Origin: Azolla caroliniana
Taxonomy: Eukaryota > Plantae > Polypodiophyta
Length of the DNA stretch: 64,000 bases
Assembly (NCBI GenBank): GCA_043228905.1
Contig: JBHGNT010000014.1
Location: forward strand, 558,001-622,000
Reading direction: 5' to 3'
Shown in pieces: positions 1 through 12,000 of this stretch. A program made the position numbers and the translations under genes. Within the stretch, counting starts at the first letter, position 1; each line of letters starts with the position of its first letter. The notes under the pieces are model-generated. The model ran no database searches. It was given only the letters and a program-made list of their open reading frames with translations, and was not told where the DNA came from.

Positions 1-112
1 AAGTCCCCCTTCCTTTCTCTGTCTGTTTAGAGCACGCTAACGATCCAGCACACTACGATCCGCCGCGCATACATAAGAAGAGCCCGAGTGCCTTCTTCAC
101 GTTTCCTTAACA
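1..112 (+). repeat. 3' end of A1 5' LTR
   Basis: Matches 4981-5092, ends in CA just before the PBS. Confidence 0.95.
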
Positions 113-124
113 TGGTATCAGAGC
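113..124 (+). promoter_or_regulatory. Primer binding site (tRNA-iMet)
   Basis: TGGTATCAGAGC directly after the LTR end. Confidence 0.95.
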
Positions 125-257
125 AGAGTAGCTCGTAAGGAAGAGTATAGCAGTGCCTTAATCTGAGAAAGTTATTTCTCTGGTTGCTGATAAGAAATCA
201 GAAAGTTACTTGTTGAAGTAACTAAAGCAAAACCCTGGTTTTTTGGAAGAAAAAAAA

Positions 258-3200
258 ATGGCTGCAGAGAATGTAGGCCAAATGGTCACAGAGAAATTAG
301 ATAAAAACAATTTCCCGGCGTGGAAATTCAGAATGACAAACTTTCTGATGGGGAAAGGATACTGGGATTACATTGAAGGAGACCTAGAAGAGGCTCCAGA
401 GATCCCAGAAGAGAATGCAACAGCTGCACATATTAAGGCATTTAAAGATTGGAATCAAGGGGCAAGGAAAGTAATGCATTGGCTATCACTCAGCATCTCA
501 GATTCAATGCTTGGGCATATACAAGATGCTATGCTCCCAAAAGAAGCTTGGGACAACTTGGTAAAACTGTTTGCTGTGAACACAAAGGCTAGAAAGCTCC
601 AGTTAAAGACTGAGCTAAATACCTTGGAGAAAGGTAAGATGTCAATAAATGAATATGCCCTAAAAATCAAGAGTATATGTGAATCACTTGCTTCTATCAA
701 TGTGAAGATAGAAGATGATGACAAAGTGGAAATATGCTTAAGAGGCTTAGGACCTCAATACAAGAGTTTTAAAACTTCTATGCTCACAAGGGATAGTATC
801 CCAAGTTTTTCAGATCTGGTCTCAATGCTTGTGGTAGAGGAAAGGAATCAGATGGATGATGCAAATAAAGGAAACTCAGAGAACGAGGGGCAAGCCCTCT
901 ATAATAATGCCGGAAGAGGCCGAGGAAGAGGCCATGGAAGATTTGGCTCAGGAAGAACCAATAATAATGGCTTTCAAGGAAGAGGACAACAAGCTCATAG
1001 AGGAGGAAACAACAACAGAGGCAGGGGGAGCAACCGAGGTAGAGGTAAGCAAACTTATGTAAATGATGATGGCTGCTGGTATTGTGGTAAACCAGGCCAT
1101 ACACAGGCTGAATGTTACAAGAAACAAAATGATGAGAAAAGAGGAAAAGGACAACAGAGTAACTATGCCTCTACTAGTGAAGATTGTGAAAAGGAAGGTG
1201 GTTTTGTAGTGCAACATGAGATAGCAGCAGTGGCTGAAAGCTCACAGAAATGTAATGAAGAGTTTACGTGGTATGTAGACTCGGGGGCATCTAACCATAT
1301 GACTGGACATGCAAATTGGTTTGAGAGTTTAAGAGAACCAGAGGTTCCTGGTTATGTACAAACAGGTGATGACACAACTCACCAAATAAAACATGTTGGA
1401 GATATTCCATTGTGGGAAGAAAAAGGAAAGACTAAGTGTATGTTGAATGTGATGCATGTTCCAAATCTTGCTAAGAATCTGATTTCTGTTGGACAGATAG
1501 TAGAGCAAGGTATGCAAGTGAAGTTTAAGCAAAGTGGATGCTATATAGAAAAGAATGGAAAGCTCATTGCAAAAGGGAAGAGACAAGGAAGAATGTTTAT
1601 CTTGGATGTAGAAATGCCCAAACAGATTTCAGCCATGTTTGCAAATGGAACGAGTGTAATCTCAGATGTGGAAATGTGGCATAAAAGGATTGGCCATATA
1701 AGTATGCAAACATTAAAGAATATGTTGAGAAAAGATGCAGTGGCTGGACTGCCAAACTTGAAAAAGTGTGAAATGGGAAAAGTATGTGAAGCATGTCAAT
1801 ATGGTAAGCAAAACAGGTTGCCATTCCCTCATGAGAGACATGTAAGCAAAAATCTATTGGATTTGGTACATACAGATGTATGGGGACCAACAAAGAATGC
1901 ATCTATTGGTGGATGCAGATTTTATGTTACATTTATTGATGATTGTTCACGGAAGACATGGGTGTACTTCATGAAGGAGAAAAGTGAAGTATTTGACTGC
2001 TTTCGTAAGTTTAAATGCATGGTAGAAAAGCAGGCTGGTACAAGGATAAAATGTTTGAGATCTGATGGAGGAGGAGAGTATTTCTCCAATGAATTTTCTG
2101 ATTTTTTGTGTAATCAGGGAATAAGAAGACAGTTCACATGCCGATATACTCCACAGCAAAATGGAGTTGCTGAGAGGAAAAACAGAACTTTGGTGAACAT
2201 AGCAAGGGCAATGATGACTTAGAAGAACATGCCATTATACTATTGGGCAGAAGCTGTAAATACAGCAAATTACATTTTAAATAGATGTATTACATCAGGA
2301 GTACATGAGGCAACTCCTGAAGAGTGTTTTTATGGCAGGAAGCCTAGCTTACAACACTTGAAAGTGTTTGGATGCCTTGCATATGTACATGTGCCTGCAG
2401 AAGTAAGAAGTAAGTTGGATCCAAAAGCAGAAAAATGTATCTTTGTTGGATATTCAGAAGAACAAAAAGGGTACAGATGTTATAACCCTGTGACTAAAAA
2501 GATTGTGACAAGTCGAGATGTGATATTTGATGAGTTGGCTAGTTGGTACAGCCCAAAACAGAATCTAGAGACTGATGAAGACTGTCAAAATGAAGACAAA
2601 GACAGATCAGAAAATGTAGAAGACTGTCACAGAGATGGAGACAAGGTTGGACAGCAAAGTCCAACATCAACAGAATGTTCTGGACCATCAAAAAGCTCAG
2701 ATGGTAAATCTGATTCAAATTCATGGAGTGGAAAAACTGGACAGAAAAAATCTGATGACAAAAAAGGAAAACAGAAAATGCCAGAGTATGAAATCCCGGA
2801 TGACCTATCAAAAAACATGGAAGATGAAGATTCAGATATGTCTTTGGATGACTTCCTTGGAATACAGGAAATGAAAATCCCTGGTATGGAAAAGGAAATA
2901 AAGAATGCAAATCAGAAACTGAGAAGATCAGATAGAGAGAAAAAGACTGTGGAAAGATTTGGGTATGATACATATATGGCTATGCACTATGCATATATGT
3001 CTAAGGTGGTACAGATCCCTGACCCAAACAGCTTTGAAGAAGCAAAATCTGAGAAGAAATGGATGGATGCAATGCAAGAAGAGATTGATGCATTGGCTGA
3101 GAACAAAACGTGGGATTTAGTGAAGTTACCAAAAGAGAAAAATGTGGTAGGCTGCAAATGGGTCTACAAGACAAAGCATGACTCCAATGGAAATGTAAGT

Positions 3201-4586
3201 AGACATAAAGCAAGATTGGTTGCAAAAGGATATGCTCAGATGCAAGGGATTGATTATGATGAGACTTTTGCACCGGTTGCAAAGATGGCAACCTTGAGAA
3301 CACTACTTGCTGTAGGAGCAGCCAGAAAATGGATTTTGCATCACATGGATGTAAAAAATGCTTTTTTACATGGTAACTTGGAAGAAGAAGTGTATATGAG
3401 TCAACCACCAGGTTTTGAAGATAAGAAACATCCTGATTATGTATGTAAGCTGAAAAAGGCTCTCTATGGACTGAAACAGGCACCAAGAGCATGGCACAGA
3501 GAACTTTCAGATTCTCTGAAAAATCTTGGTTTCAAAATGTCAAAAGCTGATCCTTCTTTGTATGTAAAAAGTGAAAATGATTGCATTGTTATTATTCTGA
3601 TTTATGTAGATGATTTGATTATTGGAGGAGATTCCGTGGATGAAATAAGAAAGTTGGAAAAAAATCTGGAAATGCAGTTTCATATGAAAGATTTGGGAGA
3701 TATGAGATATTTTCTTGGTATTGAAATCATCAGATCTGAAAGTGGTATATGTATGTTGCAAAAACAGTATGCAACAACTATGTTGAAAAAGTATGGTATG
3801 CTTGGATGCAAACCTATTGCTGTACCACTTGATAAAAACTGCAAGTTGAGGGCTGATTTGGGAGCCAAGATAGAAGATGTAAACATGTACAGGTCTATGG
3901 TGGGCAGCCTTATTTATTTGACTATAACAAGACCTGATTTGAGCTATGCTGTTGGATTAGTCAGCCAGTTTATGCAACAGCCAACAAAGCCACATTTGGA
4001 CTGCATCAGAAGGATTCTGAGGTATGTAAAAGCAACTCAGAACTTTGGACTATTTTACAGGGCTGATCTAGACATAAATCTGGAAGGATATACAGATGTT
4101 GATTGGGCTGGAAGCCAAACAGACAGGAGATCCACAAGTGGATACATGTTTACCTTGGGAAGTGCAGGAATTTCATGGAGTAGCAAGAAACAGGCTACTG
4201 TTGCATTGTCTAGTACTGAAGCTGAGTACAGAGGAGCTGCAATAGCCACATGTGAAGAAGTATGGATCAGAAGACTGCTTGCTGATCTGGGAGTATATAT
4301 AGATGGTGCTGTCACAATCTGGTGTGACAATATGAGCAGCATTCAGCTTGCAAAGAACCCAGTGTTCCATGCAAGAACAAAGCACATTGAGGTGCATTAT
4401 CACTTTGTTAGAGAAAAAGTGATGGAAGGTGAAGTTGATCTGGTGTATGTGAATACAAATCAGCAGGTTGCTGATATCCTTACGAAGGGATTGAGTGTGG
4501 AAAAACATACACAGTTTCGGAACATGATGGGAGTTGTAAACATTGATGAGATGGCTAAAAAAAAACAAAATGGAAAAGAAGATTGA
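258..4586 (+). pseudogene. Copia gag-pol polyprotein with one in-frame TAG (2220-2222)
   Basis: ORFs 243-2222 and 2229-4586 share a frame; zinc knuckle CWYCGKPGHTQAEC, protease DSGAS, integrase HKRIGH..CEAC, DVWGP, SDGGGE, RT YVDD, RNase [14 protein letters not shown]. Confidence 0.95.
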
Positions 4587-4626
4587 AGAGAACCTCAAGC
4601 AAGAATAAGTTGAGCTTGAGGGGGAG

Positions 4627-5092
4627 TGTTGAGAAGCAAGCTCAACATGGTATGTGATGCTTATGAGAAATAAGCTATAGTAGCTATTTAGCTACTAGTG
4701 AACAAAAAGGTAAAACAACTATTTAGCTAGTGACAGCTAATTAGCTAGTGAACAGCTATTTAGCGACTGACAGCTAATTAGCTACTGGCAGCTAATTAGC
4801 TGCATGTGTAATAACTTATGACTTAGGTAAAAGTAAGTGAGAGTGAATAGAAAGTAAGCAGTAAGAAAAAACAGAGAATAGTGAGTAGAGAACTCTGAGA
4901 GAGTCAGAGACCAGAAGACTGACGAGAGCAAGTTGAGCTCTACATGTAATAGAAGAAAACCATTTTGCTACTACAGAGGTAAGTCCCCCTTCCTTTCTCT
5001 GTCTGTTTAGAGCACGCTAACGATCCAGCACACTACGATCCGCCGCGCATACATAAGAAGAGCCCGAGTGCCTTCTTCACGTTTCCTTAACA
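4627..5092 (+). repeat. A1 3' LTR (466 bp)
   Basis: TGTTGAG...TTAACA after PPT GAGGGGGAG; AGCTA repeat array in U3. Confidence 0.95.
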
Positions 5093-5238
5093 GTGTGTAC
5101 CCGAGAGAATACGCCGTCCTTTTTCGACTTACAGTCGATGCTCTTGGTAGAGGAGAACCACGCGGGTGCGTCAATGAGCACGCACACTGACAACAAGATG
5201 ATGTACATGGAGGGAGATAGGCCCCGTGGACGCAGAGG

Positions 5239-7156
5239 ATGAGGCGAGTCAGTGCGCAATGGAGGCGGCTTATGAGATCGAGAAGGAGGCACCGAAATGA
5301 TGCCGATAGCAATTCCGGACCCTCTGGAAACAGGGGGAATCGAGGCGATGAGAATAGGCAAGGGAAACCCTCCACGAAATGCTGGTACTATGGCAAGGAA
5401 GTCCACAGGGAGAGTGAGTGCTGGAAAAAGCCCGCCGAGTCCGAGAGGACCGGTTCCGGATCTAGTTCCAGACATACCGACAAAGGAAACCGGCAACTAT
5501 CGCACTACGCCGAAGGATCCAAAAAAGCCGGAAAAGGGTCTGCCTTCGTGACGAGACACGAAGCAAAGGCAATGAAGCAGACCACCCTGAAATTAGACGA
5601 GGTGTGGTACGTCGACTCCGGTGCGTCAAATCACATGACGAGCCATAAAGAGTGGTTCTTGTACCTAGAAAAACCGATGCAACCGGGAGTAGTCGCAATC
5701 GGAGACGACACTCCGAATCCGATCGCGAATGTCGGAGAAGTTCCCTTGAGCCATGTCGGGAAGAAAGGGAAACTCATGAACGCGCTACACATTCCGACAA
5801 TCACGAAGAACTTAGTGTCGGTCGAACAGATCGTCAACCAAGGGATGGAGGTCCGGTTTACACACCTCGGGTGCTTCATTGAGGAAGCATGGCGTGTTAT
5901 TGCGCACGGGCGTAGAGATGGGAGGATGTTCATCCTTGACTCTACTGACGGTGGCACAAGCGGGTCGGCCATCGACTTATGGCACAAGCGGGTAGGCCAC
6001 GTCAACTACCAGCGGCTTCAAGACCTGCAATCGAAACAAGTGGTGTTTGGATTGCCCAAATTTAGTGGCCGGAAGGCACAAATTTGTGAAGCCTGCCAGC
6101 TTGGGAAGCAACACCGACTTCTTTTCCCCAACGAGCGTAACTGGAGCCGGAACAAGCTCGACTTGATACAGTCTGATGTGTGGGAGCCGACACAAAACGT
6201 TAGTCTTGGCGGGAGCCGATATTTCGTCTCCTTCATCGACGACTACACGCGACACACGTGGATCTCCCTCATTGAGAGGAAGAGCGAAGTCTTCGACTGT
6301 TTCCGGGACCTCAAAGGGTTCGTGGAAACGGAAACAGGAATAAAGTTTAGGTGCTTGCGGTCAGATAGCGGAAAAGAATACTTTTCTGGTCAATTCAACG
6401 GTTATCTACAACAGATGGGAATTCGGCGCGAATTAAGTTATAGATACACGCCGGAGCAAAACGGTGTGGCTGAGAGGAAAAATCGGTCGGTTGTGGAAGC
6501 GGCATGGGCAATGTTGGAGGAGAAGACCTTGCCGAAGTACTACTGGGACGAGGCGGTAATGACCGCGGTATACATCCAAAATTGGATTGGAGAGAAAGTG
6601 TCGGCGCACGAGCTATATTTCGGAACGAAGCCGAACTTGCGACACTTACGAGTTTTTGGTAGCATTGCATATGTGCATGTGCCGCAGGAGAACCGGAGGA
6701 AGACGGACGCAAAGGCCGAGAAATGCATCTTGGTCGGTTACTCAAACAAGCAGAAGGGTTATAAGTATTATAACCCGCGCACCAAACAAGGGCGCGTGAG
6801 CCGCGACATTGTATTTGATGAGTCCGCGTCTTGGTACTTGCCTCTGACTCCGTCTCTCAACTCCAATCCGAGCTCTGGAGATGAGGTCAGGGAGATTGAG
6901 AAGCCTCCGGATGAGCCTGTGGAGACTCGATCGTGCATTCCCCGCGCAGGAAGCCGAGGAGACGGCTTATGCGCAAAGAGAAAGGGAAGAAGGTGTCGGA
7001 TAGGAACGAGTCAGACCGACGCGAGTCCGACTCCGAGGGAAGCGGTGACGGGTCTTCAAGAGTGAGGTCCGCGTTGGCCGAGAAGACCTCGACATCAGCT
7101 AATGACCGATTACGTAGATCTACCCACCATAAGAACCCAGTTGTGCAGTTCGGATA
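5239..7156 (+). pseudogene. B1 gag C-terminus, protease and integrase (degenerate)
   Basis: WYVDSGASNHMT, HKRVGH..CEAC, QNGVAERKNR; internal deletions. Confidence 0.9.
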
Positions 7157-9021
7157 TGAAAAGAATGGCGTGCGGAAGCAATATAGAAAACCGAACAACA
7201 GAAAACGCAGGTTTAATGGAAAGCTTAGGTTTGCACAGTACGCACGGGAGAGACAGAGAGAGTAAAAAACAGAACAATATTCGAAATAATACTCAATCTA
7301 TACATCGTGTGTGTTCAATGAACACTTTTATACAAGTCCTTTTCGGACTGACAGAAGTACTGACAGTACTTCAATGCTCATAAAGGAGCCCCTACACTAA
7401 CTCCCACATATATTCCTTGTGGAATATCTTTCCGATGGCCTCACGGTTTCTGCACCGATCCGGCCTTCCTACACACCGGTCTGCTTACCAGTACCGATCC
7501 GGTCCTCGGCTTGCTTAGTCGATCCGGCTGATGTTGAGCTTGTCTCTCAACACTCCCCCTCAAGCTCAACTTGAGGCTCTTTGGGATCTTCGGGATCACC
7601 AGTCCGGTTCCTCCTGGCTCCACACCTCGCTCGCGCTGCTCGGCCTGTTCGACTCCGCGCGCTTCGACCCTTCCGGTCGGCTTGTCTGCTTCCACGGCCC
7701 TTCACAGCTCCCTTGCTGTCGCAGTGTTGGCGCTTCTCCTGCTGCCTTCTTTTCCACTTGGCCCTCGATTGATTTAGTGTATCCGAATCAAACATCTGAA
7801 CCGACTCGGCTACCTCCGATCGGTTTTCGCTCTCGTCCGAGTTGGCTTTCTCCAACTCATCTTTGGTCTTCTCGCCCTTGACGATGTCATCTCCCCCATG
7901 CTTGGTTGGCTTTGGCTCTTTCTTTCGGCTGCTCCCCTTATGTCCGCTTTCTTCCGTGGATCCGCCCTCGGCTTCTTTAGCCGATCTGAAGTCGAATTCG
8001 TCATCCGACTAGGTGTCGCGGCCGGCATCACGGTCTTTTCCGCTCCTTTCCTGCTCCCTTCCTCGACGTCCCCCCCTCAAGTTCGGCACATCGAGGTGAC
8101 ACAACCCAAGCGCACCCGAGAATTGCCGCAACTTGTCCAGACCAAGGTGCATAGTGAAGATGTCGGCATAGTGAAGATGTCGGCAGTTCGACTTCACCAG
8201 AAAGGACACGCTCACGGACAAAATGGTAGTGCACCTCAATGCGCTTGGTCCATGCGTGGAAAACGGGGTTCTTCGCGAGCTGGATGCTGCTGAGGTTGTC
8301 GCCGTTGATCATCGTCGGATCGGACACCTCCTCTTGCAGATCCTTAAGTAGCCGCTTCAACCATATGGCTTCGCATGTCGCGACAACCGCTCCTCGGTAC
8401 TCAGCTTCGGTGCTAGACAGTGCAACTGTCGACTGCTTCTTACTGCTCCACGCTATCGCGGCACTCCCAAGAGAGAACGCGTATCTGGACGTGGATCGGC
8501 GATCGGCGGCGTTGCCAGCCCAATCAACATTGGTGTAGCTGACCAACTACAAGGTTGTACCAATCTGGTATATACAGTCCCCGGTCCTTAGTGCCGCTTA
8601 CGTACCGGAGTATGCGTTGCGCACACTGAAGGTGCTCCTCGGTAGGTCGCGCCATGAACTGATTGATCACCCCGAACGGGTAACTGAGATCGGGTCGGGT
8701 GATTGTCAAGTAGATAAGGCTTCTGACAATTTGTCGGAACATCGTCGGGTCGCATACCTTTCCGGAGTTGGGGCGAAGCTTCACGGTTCTAACCAAAGGA
8801 GTCGAGACGGACTTACAGTCGACCATCCCGAGTTTGAAGAGCATACTCAACACATAATGGCGTTGGCTGATCAATATGCCTTCGGGGGTAAGGATAACTT
8901 CGAACCCAAGGAAGTAATGAAGATCCCCCAGGTCCTTCATGTCGAACGATGCCGTAAGCTGAAGCTTCACGCGGTCGATTTCTCCTAGGTCGGTGCCGGT
9001 GATGACCAAGTCATCAACATA

Positions 9022-12000
9022 TGTTGAGAGACAAGCTCAACATCGGCCGGTTCGGCTGAAGAAGCCGAGGACCGGATCGGTTGGGACTGATCGGTTAGGC
9101 TGAGTGCGTAAACCAGGAGGTCGTTAGGAAAGATATTCCGTGAGGAATATATTTGGGAGTCAGTGTAGGAGCTCTTGATGAGCATTGAAGTACTGTCAGT
9201 ACTTCGGTCAGTCCTTCTAGGGGTTGCATAAAAGTGTTCACTGAGAACGTGTAATGTACAGATTGAGTATTATTTTTGAATATAGTTTTTTGTGTCTTCT
9301 CTCTCACTCTCTCTCTGTCTCTCCCGCATATACCGTGTAAGCTCAAGCTCTCAATTAAACCTGAGTTTCCTTCCTTCTGTTCGGTCTTCATACTTGCTTC
9401 CGCACGTTACTTTCTACATGGTATCAGAGCGCGAGGGTTGAGAACCTCTCTACAGCCGACACAGCTTGACGAAGAAGAACGATGGATAGAGGCATGGCGA
9501 GCTCGCTTCCAACAGAGAAGCTCGACAGAACCAACTACGCGTCTTGGTCCTACAAGATGCACCAGTACCTGCTCGGGCACGGCTACTGGAGTTATGTCGA
9601 AGGAGCTAATGACGCGGCACCCGAATCGACACACAAAGACTTCCCGTCGTGGGAGCAATCGGCGAGCAGGGTATTGTACTGCTTCGCGTCGTGTGTGGGT
9701 GAACAACTATTGAGCTATGTTCGGGATGCAAAGACGCCGAAGGGTGCGTGGGAAAATCTGAAGAAGATCTTTGCCGCGAGCACCACAACCAGGAAGCTCC
9801 AGCTCCGACAGGAGTTGAGCAACCTACGACAACGCGACTTGTCGGTGGCGGACTATACCTCGAAGATCAAGGATATCTGCGACTCCCTCGCCTCCATAGA
9901 GGTGAACATCGAGGAGAGCGAGATGGTCCAGATCTGTCTCAGAGGTTTGGTGTCGAAGTTCAGAGCGTTCCGAACGGCTGTGTGTACCTGGGAGAATACG
10001 TCGTCCTTTTTCGACTTACAGTCGATGCTCCTGGTAGAGGAGAACCACGCGGGTGTGTCTACAAGCACGCACACCGACAACAGAATGTTGTACACGGAGG
10101 GAGATAGGCCCCGTGGACGTGGAGGACGAGGCGAGTCGGCACGCAATGGAGGCGGCCAACGAGATCAAGGAAGAAGGCACCGAAGTGATGCCGACAGCAA
10201 CTCCGGACCCTCCGGAAACAGGGGGAGTCGAAGTGATGAGAACCGGCAAGGGAAGGCCATCGCGGAGTGCTGGTACTGTGGCAAGAAACTTGCAAGGGAA
10301 AGTGAGTGCTGGAAGAAGCGCGCCGATTCGGAGAGAAACGGCTCCAGACATACCGACAAGGGAAATCGACAGCAATCACACTACGCCGAAGACTCTGGGA
10401 GAGTCGGAGAAGGGTCTGCCTTCGTGACAAGACACGAAGCAAACTCAATGAAACAAAGCACCCCGAGATCGGACGAGGTGTGGTACGTAGACTCCAGTGC
10501 GTCAAACCACATGACGAGCCATAAGGAGTGGTTCTCGTACCTTGAAAAACCGATACAACCTGGAGTAGTCGCAATAGGAGACAACACTCCGCATCCGATC
10601 GCGAATGTCGGAGAAGTTCCCCTAAGTTAGCCATGTCGAACAGAAAGGGAAACTCATGAACGTGCTGCACGTTCCGACAATCACGAAAAACCTAGTCTCG
10701 GTCGGACAGATCGTCGACCAAGGGATGGAGGTTCGGTTTACACACCTCGGGTGCTTCATTGAGGAAGAAGGCCGTGTGATCGCGCAAGGGCGCAGAGACG
10801 GGAGGATGTTCATCCTCGACTCCACTGACGGCGGCACCGCAATGTTCGCGAAGGGAATAAAAACTGAGTCGGACATCGACTTGTGGCATAAGCGGATAGG
10901 CCATGTCAACTACCAGCGGCTTCAAGATCTGCAATCGAAATAGGTAGTGTTCGGATTGCCCAAATTTAGTGGCTGAAAGGCACCAATTTGTGAAGCCTGC
11001 CAGCTCGGGAAGCAACACCGACTTCCTTTTCCCAACGAGCGAAATCGGAGCCAGAACAAGCTCGACCTTATACACTCCGATGTATGGGGGCCGGCACAAA
11101 ACGTTACTCTTGGCGGTAGCCGATATTTCGTCTCCTTCATCGCCGACCACACGCGGCACACGTGGATCTACCTCCTTGAGAGAAAGAGCGAAGTCTTCGA
11201 CTGTTTCCGTGACCTCAAAGGGTTCGTGGAAACGGAAACAGGACGAAAGATCATGTGCCTGCGGTCGGATGGCGGAAAAGAGTACTTTTCCGGTCAATTC
11301 AACGGTTATCTACAACAAATGGGAATTCGCCGCGAATTCAGTTGTAGATACACGACGGAGCAGAATGGCGTGGCCGAGAGGAAGAATCGGTCAGTTGTGG
11401 AAGCGGCACGGGCAATGCTGGAGGAGAAGAGCCTGCCCAAGTTCTACTGGGCCGAGGCGGTAAGGACCGCGGTATACATCCAGAACCGGATCGGAGACAA
11501 AGTGTCAGCGCACGAGCCATATTTCGGAACGAAGCTGAACTTACGACACTTTAGGGTGTTTGGTAGCATTGCGTATGTGCATGTACCGAAGGAGAAAAGA
11601 AGGAAGCTGGACGCAAAGGCCGAGAAATGCATCTTGGTCGGTTACTTGGACGAGCAGAAGGGTTATAAGTGTTATAACCCTCGCACAAACCAGCGCGTGT
11701 TAGCCGCGACGTTGTGGTTGAGGAGTCCGCGTCCTGGTACAAGCCGCCGACTCCGAACCCCGAGTCCAATCCGTGTTCTGACGATGAGGTCAGCGAGGCC
11801 GAGATGCCTCCGGATGAGCCTGAAATTGAGACCCGCGAAGAGAGTCCGATTTCACTCCGCTTAAGTGGACCGATTGGACGACTGAGTCGATACGATCAGT
11901 CCGATAAAGAGCCGGCGAGTAGTGGAGACTCGGCCGTGCATTCCCTGCGCAGGAAGCCGAGGAGACGGCTTACGCGCAAAAAGAAAGGGAAGAAGGAGGT

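Larger units (their letters stand above)
1..5092 (+). mobile_element. Ty1/Copia LTR retrotransposon, family A copy A1 (5' LTR cut by window start), inserted in gag of Copia B1
   Basis: 1-112 reads identical to 4981-5092; PBS, gag-PR-IN-RT-RH order, PPT, TG...CA LTR; sequence after 5092 resumes the B-family gag (VCTRENT). Confidence 0.97.

Noticed and set aside
2220-2222. Programmed stop-codon readthrough in A1
   Set aside because: Stop lies inside the integrase core, lacks a CARYYA context, and related copies have a sense codon.
7102-7383. Recurrent ORF MKRMACGSNIEN (also 24602-25081, 27436-27663)
   Set aside because: Antisense reading of family B LTR copies.
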